Translations under genes and position numbers: made by a program
From: Candidatus Geohabitans tengchongensis
GTDB lineage: Bacteria > Sysuimicrobiota > Sysuimicrobiia > Sysuimicrobiales > Humicultoraceae
Assembly: GCA_031459625.1 (NCBI GenBank)
Contig: JAVKIH010000001.1
Location: 108,316 to 172,315, forward strand
Direction: 5' to 3'
Length of the DNA stretch: 64,000 nucleotides
Notes under the pieces: model-generated
What the model was told of the DNA's origin: nothing
Databases searched by the model: none
What the model saw: only the letters and a program-made list of their open reading frames with translations
Part shown: piece by piece, positions 55,483 to 64,000 of the stretch
Layout of the letters: each line of letters begins with the position of its first letter
Numbering within the stretch: position 1 is the first letter of the stretch

Positions 55483-56483
55483 GAGCGTCCCTCGCGGGCG
55501 CCATCGTCTTCGACGTCGCTTCGGGCGGTCCTCTCCCGGGCGCCCGCCCGGTAGATGGTCGGTCCGGCGGCCGACGCTTCCTCCACGACCCGGCCGTCCG
55601 TCACCAGCAGGTCGAGGTGCCCGACCACCTCGGCCACCGCCAGCATCACGTGCACCGCGTCCGTGCCGGGGAAGAGACGCTGCGCCAGGGTGAAGGCGGT
55701 CTGCGGCCCCATGGCGGCCAAGAGTCGGGCCACCTCCTCGGCCCGCCGCACGTGGTGGTCGAGGAGGGCTGCCGCCCGGGCCGCGGGGTCGCGGAAGGGC
55801 GGGCCGTGCCCGGGGAAGACCGTCTCCGCCGGCAGGGCGGCCAGGCGGCGCAGCGAGGTCAGGAGGAGCGGCAGGGTGCGCACCCGCCGGCCCTCCGGGG
55901 TGAACTCGACGAGCGGGTTGGCGCTGGTCTCCTCCAGCAGGACGTCCCCGGCGATGAGGGCGTCGTCGGCGACGAGGGCGATGTGCCCGGCAGAGTGCCC
56001 CGGCGTGTGCACCACCCGCAGCGCCCCCTCCCCGCAGGGCAGCGTGGCACCGTCGGCGAGCGGGGTGACGGCGGACAGCGGGTCGAACAGCTTCCGACTC
56101 TGCCGCAGCGCGTCGAGGACCGCCGGGCCGAAGGCCTGGGGCACCCCGGCCAGCCGCAGCGCCTCCAGGACCTGGTCCGCAACGCTCCGGTCGGCGGTGT
56201 ACTTGGGACTGTCCGCCGGGTGGGCCAGCACCTCGGCACCGCTGACCCCGGCCAGCGCGGCGGCCTGACCGAAGTGGTCGGGGTGGCCGTGGGTGAGGAC
56301 GATGCGCCGGATGTCCGCGGGCGCACGTCCGTAGGCGCGCAGGCCGGCGAGCAGGGCCTCCCACGCCTGCGGTGTCTTCGGGCCCGCATCCACCAGCGTG
56401 ACGGGCGGGCCGGGCAGGAGGTAGGCGTTCACCGGCCCGACAGGGAGCGGCGTGGGGAGGGTGAGGGGGAGGATCTCCGTGAG
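55473..56483 (-). CDS. MBL-fold metallo-hydrolase with C-terminal winged helix (start unresolved)
   Basis: VNAYLL, VDAG, THGHPDHFG, TPGHSAGH, AGD, PGHG. Confidence 0.87.
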   Translation of the reverse strand, partial: LTEILPLTLPTPLPVGPVNAYLLPGPPVTLVDAGPKTPQAWEALLAGLRAYGRAPADIRRIVLTHGHPDHFGQAAALAGVSGAEVLAHPADSPKYTADRSVADQVLEALRLAGVPQAFGPAVLDALRQSRKLFDPLSAVTPLADGATLPCGEGALRVVHTPGHSAGHIALVADDALIAGDVLLEETSANPLVEFTPEGRRVRTLPLLLTSLRRLAALPAETVFPGHGPPFRDPAARAAALLDHHVRRAEEVARLLAAMGPQTAFTLAQRLFPGTDAVHVMLAVAEVVGHLDLLVTDGRVVEEASAAGPTIYRAGARERTARSDVEDDGAREGRSCP

Positions 56484-56544
56484 AGGGCAATTCGCCCTTC
56501 CGGCGAAGAATCCCGCCGTGGCCCTGCTCCAGGCACCGCCCAGG

Positions 56545-58359
56545 ATGGGGGAGCGCGCCCCGGCGACCGCGAGCGTCCCCGCGGCCTTCTTCGCCCGCGC
56601 GGCACGCCACCCCCACAAGGTGGCCCTGCGGCGCAAGCGCCTGGGGCTGTGGGAGCCGATCACCTGGGGAGCCTACGCGGAGGCGGTGCAGCTGGTGGGG
56701 CACGCCCTGCTGGCCCTGGGGGTGCAGCCGGGAGAGCGGGTCGGGGTGGTGGGGGAGAACCGGCCCGAGTGGCTGATGAGCGACCTGGGCATCCAGGCCG
56801 CCGGCGGGTGGACCGTGGGGATTTACACCACCAGCAGCCCCGAACAGGTGGCCTACATCCTCGACCACGCCGGGTGCCGCCTGTACATCGTCGAGGGCGA
56901 GGAGCAGCTCGACAAAGCCCTGGAGGTGCGCGGCAGGCTGCCGGCCCTCGAGCGCATCGTCGTCATGGACCCGGAGGGGTTGCGCGGCTTCCGCGACCCG
57001 CAGGTGCTGCTGTGGGAGGACTTCCTGGCGCTGGGGCGGGCGCACCGGCAGGCCCACCCCGACGCCCTGGATGCGCGCTGGAGCGGCATCGGCCCCGACG
57101 ACGTGGCGGTGCTGATCTACACCTCGGGGACCACCGGGCCGCCCAAGGGGGCGATGCTCACCCACGGGAACATCCTGTGGACGCTCGAGGCCCTCGACCA
57201 GGCCCTGGACTTCCGCCCCACCGACGAGGTCCTCTCCTACCTACCGCTCTCCCACATCGCCGAGCGCCTCCTCTCCGTCTTCGGGCCGATCCGCATTGGC
57301 TACACCGTCAACTTCATCGAGAACGTCGACACGGTGCTGGAGAACCTGCGCGAGGTGGCCCCGACCATCCTCTTCGTCGTGCCGCGCATCCTGGAGAAGC
57401 TCCACTCCGCGGTGACGCTGCGGCTGCAGGAGGTCGATCCGGTCAAGCGCACCGCCTGCCGGCTGGCCATGGCGGTGGGCCGGCGCGCCGCACCGCCACG
57501 CTGGCGGGGGGGGCGGGCCGCGCTGCCGGTGGAGGCGCTGTACCGGCTCGCGGACCTGCTGGTGCTGGGGCCGCTGCGCCGCCGGCTGGGCCTCCACCGG
57601 GCGCGCTGGGTCCTCTGCGGCGCCGCGCCCGTCGCCCCCGACGTGCTGGCGGCGTTCTGGGCGCTGGGCGTGCCGGTGCGCCAGGTCTACGGCCAGACCG
57701 AGGGGAGCGGGCCGACCACGGTCCACCGCGACGGGGACATCCGCCTGGAGACGGTGGGGCGGCCGCTGCCGGGCGTGGAGGTGCGCCTGGCCCCCGACGG
57801 GGAGATCCTGGTGCGGGGCGGGAACGTCTTCCGCGGCTACTACCGCGACCCGGAGGCCACCGCGGCGGCGCTGCAGGACGGGTGGCTCTGCTCCGGCGAC
57901 GTCGGGGTGCTCGACCCCGACGGCCACCTGCGCATCACCGACCGCAAGAAGGACCTGATCATCACCGCCGGCGGCAAGAACATCGCCCCGCAGGCCATCG
58001 AGAACCGGCTGAAGTTCTCCCCCTACATCCACGACGCGGTCGTCATCGGCGAGGGGCGCCGCTACCTGGTGGCGCTGGTCGTCATCGACGAGGAGAACGT
58101 CTCGCGCTGGGCGCAGGAACGCCGGCTGCCCTTCACCACCTACAGCGACCTGGCCGCGCACCCGGAGGTCCACCGCCTGGTGGCGCAGGAGGTGGAGGCG
58201 GTGAACCGCACGCTCTCCTCCCCCGAGCAGGTCAAGCGCTTCGCCATCTTGCCCAAACGGCTCTACGCTGAGGACGGCGATGTGACGCCCACGCTGAAGG
58301 TACGCCGCAAGGCGATCATGGAGAAGTACCGGGACCTGGTCGAGAGCCTCTACCGGTAG
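56545..58359 (+). CDS. fadD: Long-chain fatty acid-CoA ligase
   Basis: YTSGTTGPPKG, YLPLSHIAER, YGQTE, DRKKDLIITAGGKNIAP, TPTLKVRR. Confidence 0.9.
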   Translation: MGERAPATASVPAAFFARAARHPHKVALRRKRLGLWEPITWGAYAEAVQLVGHALLALGVQPGERVGVVGENRPEWLMSDLGIQAAGGWTVGIYTTSSPEQVAYILDHAGCRLYIVEGEEQLDKALEVRGRLPALERIVVMDPEGLRGFRDPQVLLWEDFLALGRAHRQAHPDALDARWSGIGPDDVAVLIYTSGTTGPPKGAMLTHGNILWTLEALDQALDFRPTDEVLSYLPLSHIAERLLSVFGPIRIGYTVNFIENVDTVLENLREVAPTILFVVPRILEKLHSAVTLRLQEVDPVKRTACRLAMAVGRRAAPPRWRGGRAALPVEALYRLADLLVLGPLRRRLGLHRARWVLCGAAPVAPDVLAAFWALGVPVRQVYGQTEGSGPTTVHRDGDIRLETVGRPLPGVEVRLAPDGEILVRGGNVFRGYYRDPEATAAALQDGWLCSGDVGVLDPDGHLRITDRKKDLIITAGGKNIAPQAIENRLKFSPYIHDAVVIGEGRRYLVALVVIDEENVSRWAQERRLPFTTYSDLAAHPEVHRLVAQEVEAVNRTLSSPEQVKRFAILPKRLYAEDGDVTPTLKVRRKAIMEKYRDLVESLYR

Positions 58360-58366
58360 GGCACCC

Positions 58367-60064
58367 GTGCACCCGTTGGTCCGCCCCCTCGGGGTCTGCT
58401 TCCTGCTGGCGGCGCTCCTCGCCGCCCCGGGCCCGGCGTCCGTCACCGGCTTCGGGACCGCCGCCACCGCTCCCGCCCTCGGGGGATCCCGCGACACGCT
58501 CGTCATCGGGATGAACCAGGAGCCGGACCGCCTGGGCCGCTTCTCGGTGATGTCTGCGGCGCGGGTGGTGGAGGGGGCGCTCTTCGCCCATATCGCCCCC
58601 TACACGGAGCGGTGGGTGCGCCGCCCCGTGCTGGTGGAGGACTTCCCGACGCTGGCCAACGGCCGCTGGCAGGTGCGGCCCGACGGGCGGATGCGCCTGG
58701 TGTGGCGGGTCCGCCGCGGCTTCCGCTGGCACGACGGGCGCCCGGTGACCGCGCTGGACTTCCGGTTCACCTTCGCCATGGTGCGCCACCCGGCCACCCC
58801 GGGGGTGAGCCGGGCGGTACTCGGCAAGGTGGAGCACGTCTTCGTCCCCAATCCGGACGACCCCTACACGCTGGTGGTGCAGTGGCGGGAGCGCTACCCC
58901 TTCGCCGGCACGCTGCCCTTCGGGGAGCCCGTGGTCTTCCCCCGCCACCGCCTGGAGGCGGCCTTCCTGCGCTCGCCGGCGCGCCTGCCGCTCGACCCCT
59001 ACTGGCGCGCGCCGCTCGGCAACGGCCCCTACCGGTTCGTGGAGTGGGTGCCCGGCAGCCACATCCTGCTCGAGGCGGTGCCCCACTTCCCCCTTGGCGC
59101 CCCCCGCATCCGCCGCCTCCTCTTCCGCTTCGTGCCGGACGCCACGGTGCTGCAGACGCTGGCCATCGCCGGTCAGGTGGACGCCACCGAGATCAGCGGC
59201 TTCGGGGTGGAGCAGGCTCTGGAGGTGCAGCGGCGGAGCTCGGGGGCGGTGGCCCTCTTCACGCCGTCGCTGCGCTGGGAGCGCATCCTCTTCAACCTGG
59301 ACGACCCCTGGCTGGCCGACCGGCGGGTGCGCTGGGCCATCGCCCACGCCATCGACCGCGAGGGCATCGTGCGCACGCTCTTCCAGGGACGCTACCCGCT
59401 GGCCCACACCTGGCTCGCCCCCCGCCACCCGGCCAGCAACCCGCACGTGCGCCGCTACGCCTACGACCCGGCGCGGGCCCGGCAGCTGCTGGCGGAGGCG
59501 GGCTTCACCCCCGGACCCGACGGCGTGCTGCGCGACGCGGCGGGGCGGCGGGTGGAGCTGACCATCATGTCCACCGCCGGGGTGGCCGTGCGGGAACAGA
59601 TCGAGGAGATCGTCCAGGACCAGCTACGCGCCGTGGGCATCGCCCTGCGCATCGACAACCGCCCCGCGTCGGTGCTGCTGGGGCAGATCACCGTGCGGCG
59701 GCAGTTCCCGCACCTGGCGCTCTACTCCACCCTCTTCAGCCTCGAGTCCACGGGGTTCGAGGGGTTCCACAGCAGCCAGATCCCCTCGCCGGCCAACAAC
59801 TGGGAGGGCTTCAACGTCATGGGGTGGCGCCACCCCGAGAACGACCGCCTGCTGGAGGCCATCACCACCGAGCTGGACGAGCGGCGCCGCCACGAGCTGC
59901 TGCGGCGGCAGCAGGCCATCTTCGCCGAGGAGCTGCCGGCGCTCCCGCTGTACTTCGTGCCGGCGATCGTCACCGTGCCCCGCACGCTGCGCGGCGTGCG
60001 CCCCACCGGCCTCTTTGGCTCCTTCCTCACCTGGAACGCCTGGGAGTGGGCGTGGGCGGAGTGA
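58367..60064 (+). CDS. Peptide ABC substrate-binding protein (family 5)
   Basis: Signal peptide; WHDGRPVTALD, GNGPYRF, VRWAIAHAIDR, YDPARARQLL, WNAWEW. Confidence 0.9.
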   Translation: MHPLVRPLGVCFLLAALLAAPGPASVTGFGTAATAPALGGSRDTLVIGMNQEPDRLGRFSVMSAARVVEGALFAHIAPYTERWVRRPVLVEDFPTLANGRWQVRPDGRMRLVWRVRRGFRWHDGRPVTALDFRFTFAMVRHPATPGVSRAVLGKVEHVFVPNPDDPYTLVVQWRERYPFAGTLPFGEPVVFPRHRLEAAFLRSPARLPLDPYWRAPLGNGPYRFVEWVPGSHILLEAVPHFPLGAPRIRRLLFRFVPDATVLQTLAIAGQVDATEISGFGVEQALEVQRRSSGAVALFTPSLRWERILFNLDDPWLADRRVRWAIAHAIDREGIVRTLFQGRYPLAHTWLAPRHPASNPHVRRYAYDPARARQLLAEAGFTPGPDGVLRDAAGRRVELTIMSTAGVAVREQIEEIVQDQLRAVGIALRIDNRPASVLLGQITVRRQFPHLALYSTLFSLESTGFEGFHSSQIPSPANNWEGFNVMGWRHPENDRLLEAITTELDERRRHELLRRQQAIFAEELPALPLYFVPAIVTVPRTLRGVRPTGLFGSFLTWNAWEWAWAE

Positions 60065-60145
60065 CGGCGTGAGCCGCGTGAGGGGCGCGGGCGCCGCGCG
60101 CTGCCGTTGCGGCGGTGTCGCGGCCCTCATCCCGGCGGCGATCCC

Positions 60146-61198
60146 GTGAGCGCGCCCCCCACCGGCCACATGCTCCGCGAGATCCGGGAGCAGCCCCAGG
60201 TGGCCGCGCGCCTGCTGACCGAGGGGAGGGGGGAGGTGGCGGCGCTGGCTCGCGTCCTGCGCCGCCGTCAGCCCCCGTTCGTCGTCTTCGCGGCGCGCGG
60301 CTCCTCGGACAACGCCGCCGTCTATGGCAAGTACCTGGTGGAGACCCTGCTGGGGGTGCCGGCGGCTCTGGCCGCGCCCTCGACCGTGACGCTGTACCGG
60401 CGGTCCCTGCGGTTGCGCGGGGCCCTCGTGGTCGGCCTCTCCCAGTCGGGGGCGTCTCCCGACGTCGTCGAGTTCGTGGCGGCGGCACGCCGGGCCGGGG
60501 CGCTCGCGGTGGCGGTGACGAACCGCCCGCGCTCGCCGCTCGCGGACGCGGCCGCCCACGTCCTGTGGCTGCGCGCCGGCGCGGAGCGCAGCGTGGCGGC
60601 CACCAAGACCTTCCTGGCGCAGCTCCTGGTGCTGGCGATGCTCGTGGGAGCCTGGGGGCGGGTGGGGACGCTGCGCCGAGGTCTGGCGCGGGTGCCGGGG
60701 GCGGTGGAGGAGGCGCTGGCGCTGGACGCCCCCGTGACCGCGCTGGCGCGGCGGTGGCGCGACGCCACCGGCTGTCTCGTCACCGGCCGCGGCTACGGCT
60801 ATCCCGTGGCGCTGGAGACCGCCCTCAAGCTGAAGGAGGCCTGCTACCTGATGGCGGAGGCGCTGTCGGGCGCGGACCTGCTCCACGGCCCGATCGCGCT
60901 GGCGGCACCGGGCGTGCCGGTGCTGCTCGTGGCCCTGCGGGGACCGTCGCTGGCGGCGCAGCGCGCGGTGACGCGGCGGCTGGCCGCGCGCGGTGCCGAG
61001 GTCGCCCTGGTGACGGATGCGCGCCGCGCCGGCCCGCCTGCCGCCACGGTCCTCCCGCTCCCGCAGGACCTCCCCGAACCGCTGGCCGCCATCCCGGCAG
61101 CCGTCCCCGCCCAGCTGCTGGCGTGGCATTTGGCCGTCCAGCGCGGCATCGACCCCGACCGGCCCCGCGGGCTACGCAAGGTGACCCGCACCCGGTGA
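60146..61198 (+). CDS. SIS-domain protein (GlmS C-terminal-like glucosamine-6-phosphate deaminase)
   Basis: MLREIREQP, ARGSSDNA, SQSGASPD, AATKT, ETALKLKE, HGP, PRGLRKVTRT; no glutaminase domain. Confidence 0.88.
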   Translation: MSAPPTGHMLREIREQPQVAARLLTEGRGEVAALARVLRRRQPPFVVFAARGSSDNAAVYGKYLVETLLGVPAALAAPSTVTLYRRSLRLRGALVVGLSQSGASPDVVEFVAAARRAGALAVAVTNRPRSPLADAAAHVLWLRAGAERSVAATKTFLAQLLVLAMLVGAWGRVGTLRRGLARVPGAVEEALALDAPVTALARRWRDATGCLVTGRGYGYPVALETALKLKEACYLMAEALSGADLLHGPIALAAPGVPVLLVALRGPSLAAQRAVTRRLAARGAEVALVTDARRAGPPAATVLPLPQDLPEPLAAIPAAVPAQLLAWHLAVQRGIDPDRPRGLRKVTRTR

Positions 61199-61202
61199 CC
61201 CC

Positions 61203-62390
61203 GTGACCCCCGCGTCCCCATCCCGTCCGCTGCGCACGGCCGCCGGCCGCGTGCGCATCGCCGCCGGCCGCGTGGTGGCGCCGGACGGCGACCTCACGCC
61301 CGGCTGGGTGGAGGTGGCGGACGGCCGGATCGCCGTGGTGCAGGCGGGGTGGCCGGACGCGGCGGACGTGGCGCTGCCGCGCGGAGTCGTCCTGCCGGGG
61401 TTCGTCGACCTGCAGGTGAACGGCGCGGCCGGCGTGGACTTCCTCACGGTCGAAGACCCGGCCGCGCTGGACCCGGCGCTCCGCCACCTCGCCGCCACGG
61501 GGGTGACGGGCTTCCTCCCCACCCTCATCAGCGCGCCCCTGCCGGTGGTGCGCCGCGCGCTGGAGGTGCTCAGCGCGGCGCGTGCCGCGGACCGGCCGGG
61601 GCCGCGCATCCTGGGCGTGCACCTGGAAGGGCCCTTCCTCGACCCCGCCCACGCCGGCGCCCACGACGTCGCCTGGCTGCAGGCGCCGTCGGTGGAGCTG
61701 GCCGAGGCACTCCTGGATGGCTCCGGCGCGGCGGTGCGCCTGGTGACGCTCGCGCCGGAGCTGCCCGGCGCAGGCGCGGTGATCGCCGCGCTGCGGGCGC
61801 GGGGAGTCGTCGTGGCTGCCGGCCACACCGGCGCCGACTTCGCCGCCGCCCGCGCGGCCTTCGACGCGGGCGTGGCGATGGTCACGCACCTGTTCAACGC
61901 CATGCGCCCGTTCCACCACCGCGAGCCGGGGCTCGTCGGTGCCGCCCTCCTGGACGGTCGGGTGTGCGCCTCGCTCATCCTCGACGACGTCCACCTCCAT
62001 CCGGCCGCGGCGGCGCTGGCGATGCGGCTGCTCGGGCCGGAGCGGGCGGTCCTGGTGACGGACGCGGTGGCGGCGGCGGGCGCGCCTCCGGGGACCTACC
62101 GGCTGGGGACGCGCGAGGTCGTGGCACAGGACGGTGCGGTGCGTCTGCCCGACGGCACGCTGGCCGGCAGCCTCCTGACCATGGACGCGGCGGTGCGGCG
62201 CGCCTTGGCGCTCGGGGCGACCTGCCGCGACGTGGCCCGCATGGCGGCGCTGACCCCTGCAGCGCTCCTGGGGGTCCCGGCCGGCCTCCGCCCCGGGAAC
62301 CCCGCGGACCTGGTCGTGCTCGATGAGGGTGGGCAGGTGGAGCTGACCCTGGTGGGCGGGGCCGTCGTCTTCCAGGCTGGCCGGTCCTGA
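61203..62390 (+). CDS. nagA: N-acetylglucosamine-6-phosphate deacetylase
   Basis: PGFVDLQVNG, HLEGPF, TLAPE, GHT, THLFNAM, LVTDA, LAGSLLTMD. Confidence 0.94.
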   Translation: MTPASPSRPLRTAAGRVRIAAGRVVAPDGDLTPGWVEVADGRIAVVQAGWPDAADVALPRGVVLPGFVDLQVNGAAGVDFLTVEDPAALDPALRHLAATGVTGFLPTLISAPLPVVRRALEVLSAARAADRPGPRILGVHLEGPFLDPAHAGAHDVAWLQAPSVELAEALLDGSGAAVRLVTLAPELPGAGAVIAALRARGVVVAAGHTGADFAAARAAFDAGVAMVTHLFNAMRPFHHREPGLVGAALLDGRVCASLILDDVHLHPAAAALAMRLLGPERAVLVTDAVAAAGAPPGTYRLGTREVVAQDGAVRLPDGTLAGSLLTMDAAVRRALALGATCRDVARMAALTPAALLGVPAGLRPGNPADLVVLDEGGQVELTLVGGAVVFQAGRS

Positions 62391-62521
62391 CGCGAGAGCC
62401 GCCTGCCGTCACCCGGGCGCACGGGGAAGCCCTCGCGGCGGACGGTCCCGTCGGTGGACCAGGGCGGGCGGCGGGCGGCGGCGAAGTGTGCTTGTACCGA
62501 GAGTCGCGGAGGTGACCGCAC

Positions 62522-63781
62522 ATGCGACGACGTCTCGTCGCCGGGGTACTCGTGGGGGTGCTGCTCGCGGGGCTTGGCGTCGCGGCCGCGCAGGCCCAGC
62601 AGCCCGTCAGGCTGACTTTCTGGAGCTGGCGGGTGGAGGACAAGTGGGCCTACGACCGGATGATCCGGGTCTTCCAGCAGCGCAACCCCGGGATCACCGT
62701 CGAGTTCATCCCCTACAAGGCCACCGAGTACAACACCATCCTCTCGTCGGCACTGACCGCCGGGAAGGGGCCCGACATCATCCACCTGCGGGCCTACGGC
62801 GGGCTGGAGACCTTCGCCGCGCCCGGCTTCATCCTCCCGCTGGACACGACGAAGGTGCCGGAGCTACGGCGCTTCCCGCTGCAGACGCTGGCGGGCGCGC
62901 GCAGCCGCAAGGACGGGCAGATCTACGGGGTGCCCTTCGCCACGCAGACCCTGGTCATCTACTACAACAAGAAGATCTTCGCGCAGCACAACCTCTCGGT
63001 GCCGCGCAGCTGGGACGAGTTTCTGACGGTGCTGCGCACCCTCAAGGAGAAGGGCGTCCTGCCCCTGGCCAACGGCGGCAAGGAGGGGTGGACGCTCGAG
63101 GTGATGGCCGGCGTGCTCACCCCGAACTTCTACGGCGGCACGAGCTTCTACGAGGCGGTGATCCGCGGGCACACCACCTTCAAGGACCCGAAGTTCACCG
63201 GCGCGCTGGCGAAGCTGCTGGAGCTGCGCCCGTACATGGCGGACGGGTTCATGGGGATCGACTACGCCACCATGCAGCAGCTCTTCATCAACGAGCAGGC
63301 CGCTATGTTCATCGGCGGGTCGTGGGAGATCGGCTTCTTCAAGGCGCAGAACCGCAACCTCGACTTCGGCGTGTTCGCCGGCCCGCCGGAGAAGCCGGGG
63401 CAGGTGCCCTGGGTCTCCTCCTTCGCCGACGGGAACTACGGCATCAACGCCAAGACCCCGTACCCGGAGCAGGCGGTGAAGTTCATCCGCTTCACCGCCA
63501 CGACCGAGTGGGGGCAGATGTTCACCGACCTGCTGGCCCAGCTCTCCGCCGTGCCGCGGGTCGTCGTGCGGGACCCCGTGCTGAAGCAGGTCCAGGCCCT
63601 CAACCGCAAGGCCACGCCCTACATCATGCTGGTCGGGTTCCGGTGGCAGACGCCGACGGGCTCCACCCTGCTGCAGAACGCCCTGCAGGCGATGCTGGCC
63701 GGCCGGATGACCCCTGTGCAGGTGGGGGAGGAGGTCACCCGCGGGCTGGCGAGCTGGTTTGAGCCCTTCCGCGGGCGGTAG
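62522..63781 (+). CDS. Carbohydrate ABC substrate-binding protein, probably amino-sugar related
   Basis: Signal peptide, GPDII, YGVPF, YYNKKIF, PRSWDEF; adjacent to nagA. Confidence 0.9.
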   Translation: MRRRLVAGVLVGVLLAGLGVAAAQAQQPVRLTFWSWRVEDKWAYDRMIRVFQQRNPGITVEFIPYKATEYNTILSSALTAGKGPDIIHLRAYGGLETFAAPGFILPLDTTKVPELRRFPLQTLAGARSRKDGQIYGVPFATQTLVIYYNKKIFAQHNLSVPRSWDEFLTVLRTLKEKGVLPLANGGKEGWTLEVMAGVLTPNFYGGTSFYEAVIRGHTTFKDPKFTGALAKLLELRPYMADGFMGIDYATMQQLFINEQAAMFIGGSWEIGFFKAQNRNLDFGVFAGPPEKPGQVPWVSSFADGNYGINAKTPYPEQAVKFIRFTATTEWGQMFTDLLAQLSAVPRVVVRDPVLKQVQALNRKATPYIMLVGFRWQTPTGSTLLQNALQAMLAGRMTPVQVGEEVTRGLASWFEPFRGR

Positions 63782-63787
63782 GGGCTC

Positions 63788-63822
63788 CCGGGGGGAGGGT
63801 CCGAACCGGGCCCGCCCCCCGG
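63788..63822 (+). other. GC-rich stem-loop between the SBP and permease genes
   Basis: CCGGGGGG-AGGGTCCG-AAC-CGGGCCCG-CCCCCCGG. Confidence 0.55.
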
Positions 63823-63853
63823 TCGCCGACCGGAGGTCGCCGCAGGCCGCGAC

Positions 63854-64000
63854 ATGACCGTCGGTCGCACCGGGGAGGAGCAGCCCGGGGCCCTCGCCGT
63901 CAGGGGGCGCGACACCGCGCGCGGGGAGGTGGCCCGGGCCCGCCGCCGACGCCTCAGCCTGCGGGCGACGCGGCGGCTGTGGCTCGTGGTCTTCCTGGGA
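63854..64000 (+). CDS. Probable carbohydrate ABC permease, 5' end (truncated by window edge)
   Basis: ATG after GGAGG; Arg-rich N-terminus then hydrophobic LWLVVFLG; follows the SBP gene. Confidence 0.6.
   Translation, partial: MTVGRTGEEQPGALAVRGRDTARGEVARARRRRLSLRATRRLWLVVFLG

Noticed and set aside
61181..61210. GTGACCC three times at the SIS/nagA junction
   Set aside because: Explained by the coding end, stop codon and start codon; too short to be an array.

Overview
Very GC-rich bacterial chromosomal window. The lineage cannot be fixed from sequence alone; a GAAC-N4-GTTC LexA box and the gene content suggest a Terrabacteria-type organism. It holds about 50 CDS, three tRNAs (Glu-TTC, Val-CAC, Thr-CGT) and several gene remnants. 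Core and metabolic content: the 3' end of an intein-containing dnaB, an SOS-boxed radical SAM gene, citrate synthase, adenine deaminase, a family-5 uracil-DNA glycosylase, peptidases, sugar and peptide ABC systems, an RND pump with TetR, and amino-sugar genes (namZ, nagA, SIS deaminase). Three modules stand out. (1) At 13048-20125, a two-component system precedes a type-1 cupredoxin, a CuA-like cupredoxin, a Tat-exported 4x[4Fe-4S] protein, an ActC/NrfD-like membrane protein and an anchored accessory protein. There is no molybdo-subunit and no c-type cytochrome, so it is a candidate heme-free quinol:cupredoxin oxidoreductase. (2) At 21661-23879, a FliA/WhiG-like sigma factor lacking region 3 is linked to a sensor-less LytS kinase and a LytTR regulator. 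(3) At 52645-56483, a FOXRED2-like flavoprotein is flanked by two stand-alone cNMP-binding proteins. There is also an islet next to tRNA-Val with a possible integrase remnant, and a structured intergenic RNA candidate upstream of ade. All family calls come from motifs recognised by eye; no searches were run.
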